DNA from: Saccostrea echinata
Taxonomy: Eukaryota
Assembly: GCF_033153115.1 (NCBI RefSeq)
Contig: NW_026889774.1
Span: 26,164,001-26,228,000, forward strand
Reading direction: 5' to 3'
Length of the DNA: 64,000 nt
Position numbers and translations under genes: made by a program. This document shows, one piece after another, positions 1-12,708 of this stretch. The notes beneath the pieces are model-generated. The model made no database searches and had not been told where the DNA came from. It saw only the letters and a list, made by a program, of their open reading frames with translations. Numbering within the stretch: the stretch's first letter is position 1; each line of letters starts with the position of its first letter.

Positions 1-748
1 TGTCTAATAATGGCTTAGTTGTTCAAGATATTTCTTATATAGTCCTATGTAAAACTTTGCCCCTTTGGTGTGGCCCCGCCCTACACCCAGTGGTCATGAT
101 TTGAATAAACTTGAATCTACACTACCCGAGGATACTTCTGTATTAATATGACTAATAATGGCTTTGCTGTTCTTGAAAAGAATTTTTTTAAAGATATTTC
201 CTATATATTCCTAGGTAAAATTTTTGCGCCCTGTTTGTGTCTGCGCCCAACCCCCAGGGGTCATGATTTGAACAAACTTGAATCTACCCTACCTGAGGAT
301 ACTTTTATAATAATATAACTAATCATGACTTTGCTCTTTTCGAGAGGAAGATTTTTAAGACATTTCCTATATATTTCTATGTAAAACTTTGACCCCATCT
401 TGTGGCCCCGCCCCACCTCCAGGGGTTATGATATGAGCAAAATTGAATTCAGAGTATGTAATTAAGCTTTTACATAAGGTTCATCTTTTCTTGCCCAGTG
501 GTTCTTGAGAAGAAGTTTTTTAAAAGATACCACCAAATTTACACGAAAACTTAATTATCTCCACTTGAAAGAGGGTGTGACATTTCCTGTGAACAAAATG
601 AATCCCCCTCACCCAAGGATTCTTTGTGGCAAGTTTGGGTGAAATTGGCCCAGTGGAAAAAGTCGAAAATGTGGAAAGTTTACAGACGGCGGACGACAGG
701 CGGAGGCCGGACACTCTTTGATCAGAAAAGCTCAGATGAGCTAAAAAG
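1..748 (+). mobile_element. 3' part of a non-autonomous Helentron/Helitron-type element carrying ~167-bp Cg170/HindIII-like satellite monomers
   Basis: The motif GGTCATGATTTGAAyAAACTTGAATCTAC recurs at ~91, ~258 and ~422 (period ~167 bp). It is followed by an ACAGACGG/GGACG microsatellite-like tract and a terminal GATCAGAAAAGCTCAGATGAGCTAAAAA hairpin. This layout matches bivalve HINE elements as recalled; no database search was run. Confidence 0.7.
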
Positions 749-1137
749 GTTACCTTCATAAACAGCATCACGTATATCAAATTGTAATGTTTACACAATA
801 TTAATGCACATTCTAATGGTGATCGAATGTCTGATTTCACTATTTATCTATTTTTTTTAATACAGGAATCTGATAGACTATATACCATGTATACCAAACT
901 GTGTAGGCAAAAAATGTGCATGTGGCTGAATTTCTGTCATATTGCACACAAAGAGAGATTTATAATTATATTCTAGAACAAAATATCAACGTTTCAAACA
1001 AATTGAATCTGAGGAAAAATTTGGCCTACCTGTGTTATATTACCTTAATTAATTATTAATCATTATATCATCGAAATTTTTTTATGTTCCATATGTATTT
1101 TAATGTAAGTTATTTATAAGGTTTAGATGACCGTGAA

Positions 1138-1140
<3 letters not shown>

Positions 1141-1177
<37 letters not shown>
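1141..1177. repeat. (CT)n microsatellite
   Basis: Directly visible. Further (GA)/(CT) tracts lie at ~9175-9213 and 12307-12365. Confidence 0.95.
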
Positions 1178-1178
<1 letters not shown>

Positions 1179-2125
1179 AACCACTCATACAAAAAAAAGA
1201 AACACTAACAATTCCCTGAAGTGTTCCTATATCTTTTTAATTTTAGATCCGCCTCTATTTACTCAACAAGCACGTACCGGCATAAACAAATTTAAAAACA
1301 TTTTCACAAAGTGTGTGTCGCAGTGTGATTCATTAAACAGGCCACTGTGCATCTATGTCATAATTCTGATGGCGTGGGACAAGAAGATATTGTGAAATGT
1401 TCCCCAGTCACCATATCAGTACAAGATTCTGAGGTAAGGAGGTTTCTTTCGATCATCTCTTATTTCTCAAACGAAAGTGGATATCGACGTACATGTACAT
1501 GATATATACCCTCCCGAGACTGTCCTAAATTAGGGTCACTCAACATGCTCAACAACTATGTACAATGTTCAGCGCAGTCAATGTATTTACTATGTAAATT
1601 AAAGTCTACTGTTTATAACGACTGTACGTAATCTACTTATTGTTTGATTAGAAATGTGATCGGTACAGTGTAAATATGTCAATAAAGTTTTCCCTAGTAG
1701 AAAGGAAGATGAAAATGACATAATATATAATTGTGTAAAGGGGAATGGGGCTGGAGTAACTCAAGTGCTTATACATGTACGTTCTAAGTTAACCCATTTT
1801 TTTTCAACATATTACAATCCCAAAATGATCTGAAAAATCTATTTCTTCTAATCGTGAACTTATCTTGACATTTTCTCGGTTCAATGGCGAGGACATTAAT
1901 GACCCGAAAACTAAAAAGCCGCGCTGCAGCATAATGACCTGGGCGCTGGCGCTTTTGTATAGGACACAGTGGGTATCTGACATTAATTAAACAGTAACTG
2001 TTCTTAATCAAGATATTTTACAGAGATATTTATCAGAATGTCGAGTTTGTTGATGGCCTGTAATGATACCTTACATGACTTTATTATTTACAGAAGTGAA
2101 CGTATATTCCCCGCCAGGTGTAATA

Positions 2126-5100
2126 ATGTCACACAGGTGTTTTTCCGTGCTTTCTCTGGTGATCATCAGTTGTTTTTATGCAGGTATGTGCTCTTTCTCT
2201 CTCTCTCTTCAGCCAATGGTACTTTAATTAGAATTAAATCTATGATGTGAAAAGTCTGTCAAAATATTAATTCCCGTTAAACTGTTTTAAAAATTCAACA
2301 CAGTGCATGAATTTAACTTCGACAAGATGACAAAATGACAGACGTATCATTGTATTCCGTTCACTTTGGGAAAAAGTTTCAGGATACACGATCGCTTTTA
2401 TTATTAACCACTAGCTTTCAAGAGGAAAGAGCAAGGTTCACTTTCTAATTTCTAAATTCTAAATAATTAATAAATAAATTTCTAAATAATCGAAACTGCT
2501 TGAACCCTTGTGAACGTAGCTCCTTTACCAAATTCATTAATTTATTAAAAACAAGATTTTATTTATCACATTAATTTTAGAGAATACCGATGTACAGACC
2601 CTTCGTCGTTTATGATAAATACTTGAACGTCGAAAAATATTAATAAACAACTATATAAACAATCACAAATTACTTTTTTTATTATTAGTATTAAAAAACG
2701 AGTTAAGAGACCTCATCTCATAGATATATACATATATAAAAGACAAGTGTAAAAAAAAAAAATACCTTACGTGCGGAACACCTGATAAGTATGCTAAAAC
2801 GATGGAATTAAAATTCCTCAGTGGTGCGTATTTGTCCGTGGGGTGAAAAGACAACAAAGGCTAGTCTCCGGGGAGAACTTGTCTAAATATTGCGTATTGT
2901 TACCGGCTGCATTCAAAAGCAGTCTATCACAAAACTGAAAAAAAAACATTGAAAGAATAAAAGATAACGTTTTTGTTGGTGATAAAAGTTCCGATATTTT
3001 AAAGATTTTTGTTTAATAAGATCATTCAAAATCACGGAATCGACTTGTTAATTGCTTAATTGTTCTTCATCATAAATGGCAAATATAACTAACTAGAATT
3101 ATAATTTTAAAAAGTTTTAAGTGAACAATCTTAAAACTTTGTAATATTTAGAATGGTAGTCTTTTTTATGCTTCTTTTCAGTACGTAAAGTGTTTCCTGA
3201 GCTTTTCATAGACGTTGAATTTAGAATTTAAGACTGTGTAATGCAGTGAAAAAAATGATTAAAACATATTCTATATTACAAGATATTCAGTCAAAACCTG
3301 TCTTATTTGTTTAGGCAATATAATTCAAGAGTTACAATTTCATATTAAGGTTCACTGACCATCTAATAAGAGAGACAACTCCCTGGGATACATGATTCTC
3401 ATTCCTTTATTAACATGTCGGCTTCAAAGGCAATTTCTGTCAAAGGAGATGGGCGATAGCGAGCAAGCGATAAAAATGCATATGGTTTGACAAATAAGAA
3501 AGTGAAAAATTGAATGTCAATCATCACACAATTTTCTGTGAAAGGATGTATTCACTATTACAAAAGAATTGACCTATAGGAGAGAACAATTTCCCGGAAA
3601 AAGTTACATTTAAAAATCAATCTTTATTTGTTGTTTTCTACCGTATATATGTCTAAATTTTTCATATTTGTATTTTACAACTAAAATTTATTATTTACAA
3701 CTTTACAATAAACCTCCAAAGTTGGCCGAAACACCATTTTGTCCGTTAAAGCGTTGATTTTTGCATGAATTTTGGCCTAGAAGTCCTTCAGGGCAGGCCT
3801 GCCCCTAAATAAAATTTTGATATTTTGATAGGTTGGGATGTAAGGAATAATTTAAGATAGGATATTTTTAGGGGCACCCCTGCCCTAGGGTCGAAATTCA
3901 CAAAAAACCTACAAAAAATAAGGAAACCTGATTTTGACAATCTGCTTCAAATTTATACCAGTAAATTTTATAGTCAGAATAGCTCAGTTGATATATACGC
4001 TGACTATTATGTCGTGGATATTATCTTTTTAAAGTCGGGGGTTCGAATCCACCTGGTGCCACACTTTTATAGTTTTAAATTTTCGTCTTTTCAAAGGCTA
4101 TTTTAAATTTTTTATAGGCTTGTTTATTTTCCCTCAATTATCTATCCTTTATGCATTCCCATTCTTGATATACGAAACACTAGAGAGAGCTCAAATCGTA
4201 ACAATCCAATGTACAGTTGTCAGTCAGGCGGAACACTTTCTCCGAGGACAAGAATAACTCACTCTGTGTTACTCGATACAGGTATTCTCGGCAGCTTTGA
4301 GCTGCGATGAATTTCAATTGTATATATCCCTTAGAATTTAATCACATTGCTTCTATTCTGTCTGTGCTACATGTACTAGTGCTTGTCTGGGTTACATGTA
4401 GTATGTTACGTATTGCTTGAATTGTTTGAGCTTAATATATTTAGAATAACATATATGTACTATTGTTTTCAGTCAATGTTCTAAGATCTTAAGTTTTGAA
4501 ACAGTTTGGCTACATATATATTAGTAACTGTACTCCCTTGGATTTCATTTAGGCCTATATAATTTGCATACATTAATGACATGTTTTTATTATATCCACG
4601 GAATAGTGTTGTAAAATAAATAGCCTATACATAAAGAATAGAATACCAGAGAGAGAGTAGACATTATCATTATGTACAATTAGAAGTGAAGAAAAATATC
4701 AATTATTACATTTGAAGATTATTTAACAATCTCAGAATATCAGTGAAAGTGTTCCTATTAACTCTACTCACTGAAATAAAGATTTATGAAAAACAAATTG
4801 TTACATGTATTCAGCCTCAAGTCATTAACCGGAACGGAAATCGACAAGCTTTTTGTAGAGAAAAAAACCAAGCCCGGCCCTATAGGTCAGACTCCTATTT
4901 ATATAGAAGTGAACCTTTCATGCAGTTAACACTAATGTATACTTAAAGTAAAATTTTTACAAGTTGCAACAATATCATAAGTGTTGAAATTTTTATTCCA
5001 TGAAATAGCATACACAGACCAAAGAGGGCAAAAATGATCATTTCTTCATACAAAAACAATTTTTTTTTATGTAAGTGGGTCTTCGCTACATTTTTTTTTT

Positions 5101-8100
5101 GAAAGTATTTCTTCAAAGTATGCTTTAAAATATACATTTTTTGCATAACAAAAACATGTAGCAAGAACTCATTCTATCTTAAAAATACCTTTTATATATA
5201 CATTGTATATAACGAAAAATTCTTATCTTCCGAGAAATGTTTAAAGGACCATATCGGACAAAAGATTTAAATGCCGCTACTTTTCCTAAGATGTTAGCGT
5301 GTCAGTCTCTAATAAACTGAAACTCGAGATTTATTTTGCTTGGGTTCAAATCCCAAGATATTCCTAATCTTTTTTAACCATAAAATAATTTTAACTAAAT
5401 AATTTTCGGCAGAAAAGTGTTTTGTCATAAATTCATTCTTTTCAATAATTAAAAGTCACTCTAAATATTTGATTCACAAACTGAATTTGATTTCTATACA
5501 GTTGAAGTTATAGGCATTTTGCACGCCTTTTTTGCCCATCTTCTTTATTCCCATAAAGTATGTTGAAATTGTGTGCATTTTATTTAAAATAAGATTGGAC
5601 CATAAGGTATGTTGAAATTGTGTGCATTTTATTTAAAATTAGATTGGAAAATCTTTAGAGATAAAGCAAAATTTGTATAGAAGTGAACAGAGTGTAGGTG
5701 AACCTTAACAGTATTTGTCACATCTCTATGATAGTGGTGACCCCTGAGCAGAAAGTGTCTGGATGGACTGGCTGGTCAGGCTGGACCTCATGTTCAGTGA
5801 CGTGTGGTTATGGTCTGATGTACAGGGAAGCGTACTGGGTGGACAAGAATGGACAGAGGACGAACAGGACAACACATGATAACATGGGATGTTACATCCC
5901 AAAGTCCTGCCCTGGTAAGTTACATGTTACATCCCAAAGTCCTGTCCCAGTAAGTTACAGAAAACACACGATATCTTGGGATGTTACATCCCCAAGTCTC
6001 ACCCTGGTAAGTTAAGAACAAAACGTGATAATAATTTGGGATGTTAAATCTCAAAGGCCTGTCCTGGTAAGTTACAGGCAGCACACAGTTACATGGGATG
6101 TTAAATTCCTAACTAATGTCCTGGTAAGTTATGAAAATAAGTCCTGACTTGGACAGTTACATGGTACATACCAAAGTCCTACCCTGGAAAGAAACCTGGT
6201 GTATGATAACATGGGATGGTACATCCCAAAGTCCTGCACTGGTAAGCTACAGACAACACATAAAAATATGGAACGCTAGATCCAAAAACCTAGTCCTTGT
6301 AAGTTACATCCAAAAGACCTGTCCTGGTAAGTTACATCTTACATAACTGAGTCATGACCTCTTATGTTACATGAGAACATGGGATTTTATATCCCTAAAT
6401 AATGCCTGGTAAATTACAAGATGACATGGGATGTTTCATCCCAAAGATCTGCCCTGGTAAATTACAAAATAACATTGGATGCTAAATTCTAAAGTCCTGC
6501 CCTGGTAAGTTACATGATAAAATGGCATATTCATCCTTAATTCCCGCCCTGGTAAGTAGCATGATAATATAGTATATTATATTCATCCTCAAGTCCTTCT
6601 CTGGTAAGTTACATGAAAACATGGGATGTTACATCCGAAAGTCCTGCCTTGGTAAGTTACATGATAACATGGGATGTTACAATCCTAGGTCCTGTCCTTG
6701 TTAGCTACATGGTAACATGGAATTTTCATCCCAAAGTCCTGCCCTGATAAGTTACATGATAACATGGGATGTTACATCCCCAAGTCTTGCTTTGGTTAAT
6801 TACATGATAACATGGGATTTAATATCCTTAAATCCTGTCCTGGTAAGTTACATGATAACATTTTTGTTACATCTCTAAGTCCTGTCCTTGCAAGTTACTT
6901 GATTACATTAGATGTTACATTCCCAAAGTCCTGCCCTGGTAAGTTACATGATAACATGGGATATTCATTCCCAAGTCCTGTTCGGGTAAGTTGTTTATAG
7001 CCTTCGATTTTACCATTTTAATACTTTTCTGGTAAGATATGAGACAGACCAAAGTCCTCAATTTCCTAAACATGTTTTTGGGATACCTATTGTTAATGGG
7101 TACCATGTAACAAATACTTTGGCTATAATATATGTATTTTCACATCGGGTAACCGTTACATTTTTTTTTTCATGAAGGTACTGGTAACTTTTAAATTGCC
7201 CATGGTAATGACAGTTGATTGTGTATTTTAAGTAAAGTCGATCTTTTGGCATGTTTTAGTTGATGGTAACTGGACCACGTGGTCTGGATGGTACTGGTGT
7301 TCCTCAATCTGTGGGCCCGGGCGTCAGGAGAGATACCGCTACTGTGTCAACCCAAAACCTGCTAACGGGGGAATGCCCTGTTCAGGTCTGGCGAATGAGA
7401 GCAGGGCTTGTGAAGTAATACCATGTCCTAGTAAGTGTATAGCTCTCACTGTAACACTGGGCAGTATGAGCGCCTCCATCTTCGCTAGTCAAGTTTTTCA
7501 GATCCGCTCCAAAGGACAGTCCTCTAGCTGGATCAGAAATTCTTTGGTACCAAAAATGAGCTCCTCTGCACATTTCAATTCTTTGTAAGGACTGGCATAT
7601 AAAATCTGTAAAATAGGGGAAACAGTCATTTTCCACTCTCATTCCCTATCGTTGAAGCGTAACCAGGCCATTCGATTAAAAAAAAAAAGAGTCTCAATTT
7701 CTTTGAAAGAAAGCTTTGTCTATGATTACATGTACCGCAGCCACAATTTCTTCTGAAGATGATTTTGGGATCAAAGGATAACTTAATGATGTCAGTGAAG
7801 TAACGTTAAAATATTGATGCTAGATTGTGCATTTCTGTTTCGAAAACAAGTTTCAGGTTTAAACAAATCGGCACCAGAGCATGTCCTGCTTTATAATAAA
7901 TGAATGGTTAATTGAGATATCCCATCGACATTAAATTATTTAAGGACGTTTGCAAAAAAGGAAAAGTTGAGATAATGCTATCTGACGTTATAATTTTTTT
8001 GAGATCGTTTGCAAAGAATAAATAGATGAGATAATGCTATCCGACATAAAGTTGTTAATCATTGTTTAAAGAAATATATGGAGATAACGAACAGTATTCA

Positions 8101-8968
8101 AGCTCAAAAGTCCATTAAACAATACAAAATAGGAGCAGAGCAAACACGGACCTCTAAAGCATCAGAGGTGGGATCAGGTGCCATGGAGGAGTGAGTATCC
8201 CCTGCCGACCGGTCACACCCGCCGTGTGCTCCCCGCCATGATCAGGAACAACGGAAAAATTCGTCGACAATTCAGTGTGTAAATAATGGCCTAACAATAA
8301 GAATGAAAAACATCAGTCAGCATTTGACTCAATGATAAATTGTATTTGCTGACAAGGTCATTGTATCGACCGTAGAACTTACGAAATGATGACTTTAAAC
8401 GAGACTGCTGATATTCTTGTTTCATCAGCTTGTTTGTCAATAATTTTCCTCGTTTGCGAAGAATAGATAGTTTAGATATCCGATCGACATTAAATTATTT
8501 AAGGACGTTTTGCGAAGACTGGATAGTTGAGATAATGCTATTCAGCATTAAATCATTTTAAGGACGATTGCAAAGAAAATGTATCAAATGAATATATAAG
8601 ATTTTTTTTAATTTTTCAGCTATTCCTCCGTCTTTCAGTTTATCGGAGTGTAAAAAGGAAGACTTTATGTGTAACAGCAGACAACAGTGTGTTCCGGCTG
8701 CGCAGAAATGTGACAAAACGCTACAATGTCATGACGGAAGTGACGAATTGAAATGCAGATATGTCAACAACCATGGTAATATTCTGTGTTCTCTCATTTA
8801 GCAACATTTTAACGGGTTTCTAATATGTATTTTTTTCTATTGTTTGAATTTAAAAACACAGGGTCTTTTGAGTTAAACAATTCTGTTTCTTTTGCAGGTA
8901 CCATGAATGGAATATCAAAGACAATATATCATATATTTTTTGTTCTATTTCTTTTACATGCAACATGA
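2126..8968 (+). CDS. Secreted/GPI-anchored TSP1-TSP1-LDLa protein, ~211 aa, 5 coding exons
   Basis: Exons: 2126-2183 (MSHRCFSVLSLVIISCFYA, signal peptide); 5735-5914 (WTGWSGWTSCSVTCG, TSP1); 7260-7430 (VDGNWTTWSGWYWCSSICGPGRQERYRYC..NGGMPCSG, TSP1); 8620-8775 (CKKEDFMCNSRQQCVPAAQKCDKTLQCHDGSDELKC, LDLa); 8898-8968 (GTMNGISKTIYHIFFVLFLLHAT*). All four introns are GT-AG, phase 1, and the 636 nt read in frame. A possible 5'UTR exon lies at 1341-1433. Confidence 0.85.
3973..4062 (+). repeat. tRNA-derived (SINE-head-like) degenerate sequence
   Basis: A-box-like TAGCTCAGTTG and B-box GGTTCGAATCC, ending TGGTGCCA. The middle is too long and unpaired for a functional tRNA. Confidence 0.5.
5872..6995 (+). 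repeat. ~47-bp minisatellite made of the TSP1 exon end plus its 5' splice site (~23 copies)
   Basis: Unit GATAACATGGGATGTTACATCCCAAAGTCCTGCCCTG|GTAAGTTACAT; the first copy is the true exon end at 5914. Confidence 0.95.
8080..8455 (-). mobile_element. 3' fragment of Penelope-like retroelement
   Basis: Reverse complement of the tail at 53330-53710 (GGTGGGATCAGGTGCCATGGAGGAGTGAG..GACCGGTCACACCCGCCG). It is flanked by ~60-bp repeats at 7905-8085 and 8455-8575. Confidence 0.8.
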
Positions 8969-9440
8969 ACAAAGTTGAAATGTGAATGGATGTATGAAAT
9001 CTGTTAAGGAGAGATAGAGAGAAATTTGTTGATATACTGTTAACAAAACAAGTGGAACTCGTAATTATTTTTTGAAGTAATTAAAAACAAATTCTCAAAT
9101 TATTTTTGTACTATTCTATCACATGCAACATGAACAAAGTTCAAAATGTTAATAATTGGATGAAATATGGTTAGGATAGAGAGAGAGAGAGAGAGGAGAA
9201 AGAGAGAGAGAGAGTTGTTGATATATGGTTAACAAAACAAGTAGAGCAACTTGTTTATTTTTTTTTGTAGGAATTAGAAAAATTGTCGCTTTTAGAATAT
9301 TGAATTTATCATAAACTGTATTTGATGCATTTTTTCCTCATGTTTATGGTGCTTTTTGTAATATAGATCAAGTTGTCTCATCGAGTGATATTCTATCTTG
9401 TAAATGTTGTGACCATTTTTAAAATTTGTTTTTGTATATT

Positions 9441-11658
9441 TAGGGTCTTCCGTCTCCAACGGAAGACCCTTCTATTATTCTATTGTTTCTTTTTCACTTT
9501 TATTATTATTATTATTATTTTTTTCTGTCCAAATTTTGTGCAGACGATTTCTCAGAGATGGTTGGATGGATTCACTTGAAATTTTCAGAGATGATGTATC
9601 ATGATCTAAACCTTATTCATTTTTTTTATTTTTTGGAAATTCACTTCCGGTCGGAAGTTATCGCCCTTTAATCGAATTTTTAGTGACCATTTTGTCTACA
9701 CAAAAACTCAAAAACGACAAAAGCTAGAGTGCTGAAATTTTCAGTGATAATAGAGGACATGTTCTAGTTGTGCACCTCAGTTTTCAAATTTTCTGGAAGT
9801 GCCTAGTATGGAAGCTCGGTAGGGGTCAAAATTTAGGACATGAATCAGGAGTGAATTTTCGAGACATTTTTTATCATATCTTACAAACTATGAATATTTT
9901 CTTAAAACATATTGAACAGAAATTGTGCAGAATTACTAGATCTTTTATATGATATCAAGAAAAAAGGGCTGACTCATCACATTAGGGGCCAAAAGGGGCA
10001 AAAAGTCTTAAATCCATAACTCTTTAACGATCAATATTTTGTTATACATTACTGAAGCAAAAACGTTTATCTGAACAATCTACAAATATATATGATAATA
10101 AAAATCTCATATGCTACATAATTAGGGGCCATAAGGGGCCAGAATGCTAAATCTTTGACGCTTTATATCTCGAAAGTGGGAAATATTTTGATAAGCAATA
10201 TTGAACAAAAGATGTTCAAAATAATGTTCTAAACAATATGCAACCTTTCAATATTTGCTAAACGTCCCCATTAAGGAGTTGAAGGGCCGGCCCCTAAATA
10301 TTTCTTTTGCATATATCTCAGTAACGAAAAAGAATTTCTGAATAGTTGTTGAACAAAATGTGTTCAAAATCATAAGAGCTTTAAGGTGAAATCAAGAAAA
10401 AGGGGCTGGCCCCTCAAAATCGGGGCCAAAAGGGGCAAAAAGTCTTTCATCAATAACTCTTTAACGATCAATATTTTGTTATACATTACTGAAGCAAAAA
10501 TGTTTATCTGAACAACCTACAACAATATATTATAATAAAAATCTCATATGTTACATAATTAGGGGCCATGAGGGGCCAGAATGCTAAATCTTTGACGCTT
10601 TATATCTCGAAAGTGGGAAATATTTTGATAAGCAATATTGAACAAAAGATGTTTAGAATAATGTTCTAAACAATATACACCCTTTAAATTTTTGCAAGAC
10701 ATCCCCATTAAGGACTTGGAGGGCTGGCCCCTAAATATTGTTATTCTATATATCTCTTAAACGAAAGGAAATTTCTGAATAGTTGTTGAACAAAAAGTCT
10801 TCAAAATCACAAGACCTTTCATTTGATATCAAGAAAAAGGGGCTGACCCCTCAAATTAGGGGCTCAGAAGGGCCAAAAGTCTTTCATCTATAACTCTTTA
10901 ATGATCAATATTTTGTTATAAATTACTGAAGCAAAAATGTTCATCTTAACATTCTGCAACTATATATTATAAAATTTTGATCATATGTTACGTAATAAGG
11001 GGCCATAAGGGGCCAGAATGCTAAATCTTTGACACTTGGTATCTCGAAAAGGAGAAATATTTTGATAAGCAATATTGAACAAAAGATGTTCAGAATAATG
11101 TTCTAAACAATATACACCCTTTTAATTTTTGCAAGACATCCCCATTAAGGACTTGGAGGGCTGGCCCATAAATATTGTTATTCTATATATCTCTTAAACG
11201 AAAGGAAATTTCTGAATAGTTGTTGAACAAAAAGTCTTCAAAATCACAAGACCTTTCATTTGATATCAAGAAAAAGGGGCTGACCCCTCAAATTAGGGGC
11301 TCAGAAGGGCCAAAAGTCTTTCATCTATAACTCTTTAATGATCAATATTTTGTTATAAATTACTGAAGCAAAAATGTTCATCTTAACATTCTGCAACTAT
11401 ATATTATAAAATTTTGGTCATATGTTACGTAATAAGGGGCCATAAAGGGCAAGAATGCTGGATCTTTGATGCTTTATATCTAGAAAAGGGGAAATATTTT
11501 GATAAGCAATATTGAACAAAAGATGTGCAGAATAATGTTTTAAACAATATGCATCCTTTCGCTTTTAATAGACGAGTATCTCAGTCAAGATCTTGACTAA
11601 TCTTATCCAAAATCAGACGGAAGACCCACTCGTTGCTCGCAACGAGAACCATCTAGTT
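9441..11658 (+). mobile_element. Non-autonomous Helentron-type element (HINE) with ~437-bp internal tandem repeat (~4 copies)
   Basis: 5' palindrome AGGGTCTTCCG..CGGAAGACCCT followed by (TTA)n. 3' CGGAAGACCC subterminal repeat plus CTCGTTGCTCGCAACGAG hairpin and CTAGT end in a T-rich site. The unit marker ATCAAGAAAAAGGGGCTG appears at ~9954, 10391, 10828 and 11265. Confidence 0.75.
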
Positions 11659-12303
11659 TTGCTTACATTTTTATGCATATATTAAAAAAAATTCATGAGA
11701 TTACTGTGTCTTGATCATAAGCTAGTTTGAGACGGATATACATACATTTGTAGAAAACTGGACACGACACCATGTAGTTCTTTCAATTAGATGAACAATC
11801 ACAAACAAACCACAGTGCCATACTAAAACACTCAGTGTTTGATGTACCATCGGTGAAATCACGGGTGCTTTCATTGATTCCCCCTTCTTGTGAAATTAAG
11901 CTACCATTGTTCTTACATGTACTTCTAACACGTACAGGCCTGTACATAGGAACAGAATGAGACGAGCGCGTTTCAATTTGTCAATTTTATGTCCAAAAAA
12001 AGGTACATGTACAGTCTCTTTTATGCGTTATCATGTATTTTAATTAATATTGGAGAACTGTATGTGTTGCATAAGAACAGCAAATATGATACAATGTAGT
12101 ATGTATCATTCTCGATTTCTGTCTTATAGATGTCCGTACACTTGTGACGTCACAACATTTGTAATACGTTTCTTTGTATCCCATATCTCGATACATTTAC
12201 CAGTTTACATGAACCCGAACGCACTACGAAGGAAGGTCCCTCTGGGTCTGGCTGATATGTGAGGTGATATCAATGTTTCCTGTGTATATAACATTTTAAA
12301 ATC

Positions 12304-12367
<64 letters not shown>

Positions 12368-12472
12368 AAATGAAATGGGAAAAGGTGAAGATTGATCTCA
12401 GAAATCCTTAAAACAATACGATTAGAGAACAGGAGAAAACACGCTCCCCTGGAAACACGAAAGGTTTGATCA

Positions 12473-12708
12473 GGGCCCCATTTTACAAAGGAACTTACAA
12501 CGAAGACCAGAAACTTTAGCCGATTCTAGAATCTTATCAATATTAATTAATATTATGCGAAAAGATGCTTGCATGAAAATAACTTTCGAGAGTGTTTCAA
12601 AAAAGATCACTACCATTTTCAAGTTACAAGTAATGTAAACATGAAAGTTATTCGATCGCAAAATTATAATTTGGTTTTAGTCGTAAGTTACATTGTAAAA
12701 CGGGCCCT
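12473..12708. mobile_element. PIF/Harbinger-like MITE (same family as 46397-46618)
   Basis: TIRs GGGCCCCATTTTACAAAGGAACTTAC ... GTAAGTTACATTGTAAAACGGGCCC; it interrupts a degraded Penelope tail (~12370-13130). Confidence 0.65.

Noticed and set aside
1341-1433. Open 31-codon exon upstream of the TSP1-LDLa gene
   Set aside because: No in-frame start, and the downstream exon has its own ATG and signal peptide; at most a 5'UTR exon.
3973-4062. tRNA gene (also tRNA-like boxes at ~5290-5355 and ~57430)
   Set aside because: No complete cloverleaf or clear anticodon arm; treated as repeat-derived.
5872-6995. CRISPR-like appearance of regular repeats
   Set aside because: No unique spacers, no cas genes, eukaryotic intron; the units are copies of an exon end.
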